This document shows positions 63,820-64,000 of a stretch of 64,000 nt of DNA, one piece after another. This stretch comes from Paragordius varius (taxonomy: Eukaryota > Animalia > Nematomorpha): assembly GCA_964247055.1 (NCBI GenBank), contig OZ176054.1, forward strand, positions 1,364,001 to 1,428,000, written 5' to 3'. Below the pieces are notes generated by a model. That model did not search any database. It was given only the letters and a program-made list of their open reading frames with translations, and was not told the DNA's origin. The translations under genes and the position numbers were made by a program. Positions within the stretch are counted from its first letter, which is position 1, and the number at the start of each line of letters is the position of its first letter.

Positions 63820-64000
63820 GTAAAACCTCATTTTTTTCTATTAATCACTCATTCATTTTACAAATATGGATAATATATCCTACGTCACTTGATGATTATT
63901 TTGTGGCATTAATTGGAAAAATAAATTAAATTTAAATAATGCATCACACCTTATTTATTCCAATTGGGTATAGTTCCACCTAGTGCTAAAAGATCCACTT

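Overview
AT-rich eukaryotic (metazoan) genomic DNA with spliceosomal GT-AG genes in the standard code. There is no sign of prokaryotic features, rRNA/tRNA or CRISPR. Five host genes were reconstructed by hand from splice sites and reading phase. (1) A 9-exon mitochondrial-clan cytochrome P450, CYP10-like (7406-16387, minus). (2) A ~20-exon Dumpy/FBN-1-like protein with signal peptide, LDLa-like module, EGF array, ZP domain, furin site and TM segment, only ~1,340 aa (22065-37384, minus). (3) WDR18/Ipi3 (40890-44013, minus). (4) CNOT3 (44089-52261, plus), head-to-head with WDR18 with only 75 bp between the start codons. (5) The 5' part of a vein/neuregulin-like gene (57341 to beyond the window, plus). 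The Dumpy-like N-terminus suggests an ecdysozoan (inference). The rest is transposon debris: two RTE LINE copies (one interrupted by a Harbinger element), four mariner relics, hAT elements, MITEs, a 1.16-kb foldback and a ~150-bp-monomer higher-order repeat. The most striking observation is a cluster of ultra-short introns around the WDR18/CNOT3 divergent promoter. The 20/23-nt and 29-nt introns are obligatory for the reading frame, and a 24-nt one is probable. They coexist with 70-130-nt and kb-sized introns in the same window. All five proteins also carry large loop insertions inside otherwise conserved domains. All coordinates were counted manually and family assignments rest on remembered motifs, not database searches. 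TE boundaries without clear TIR/TSD are approximate.
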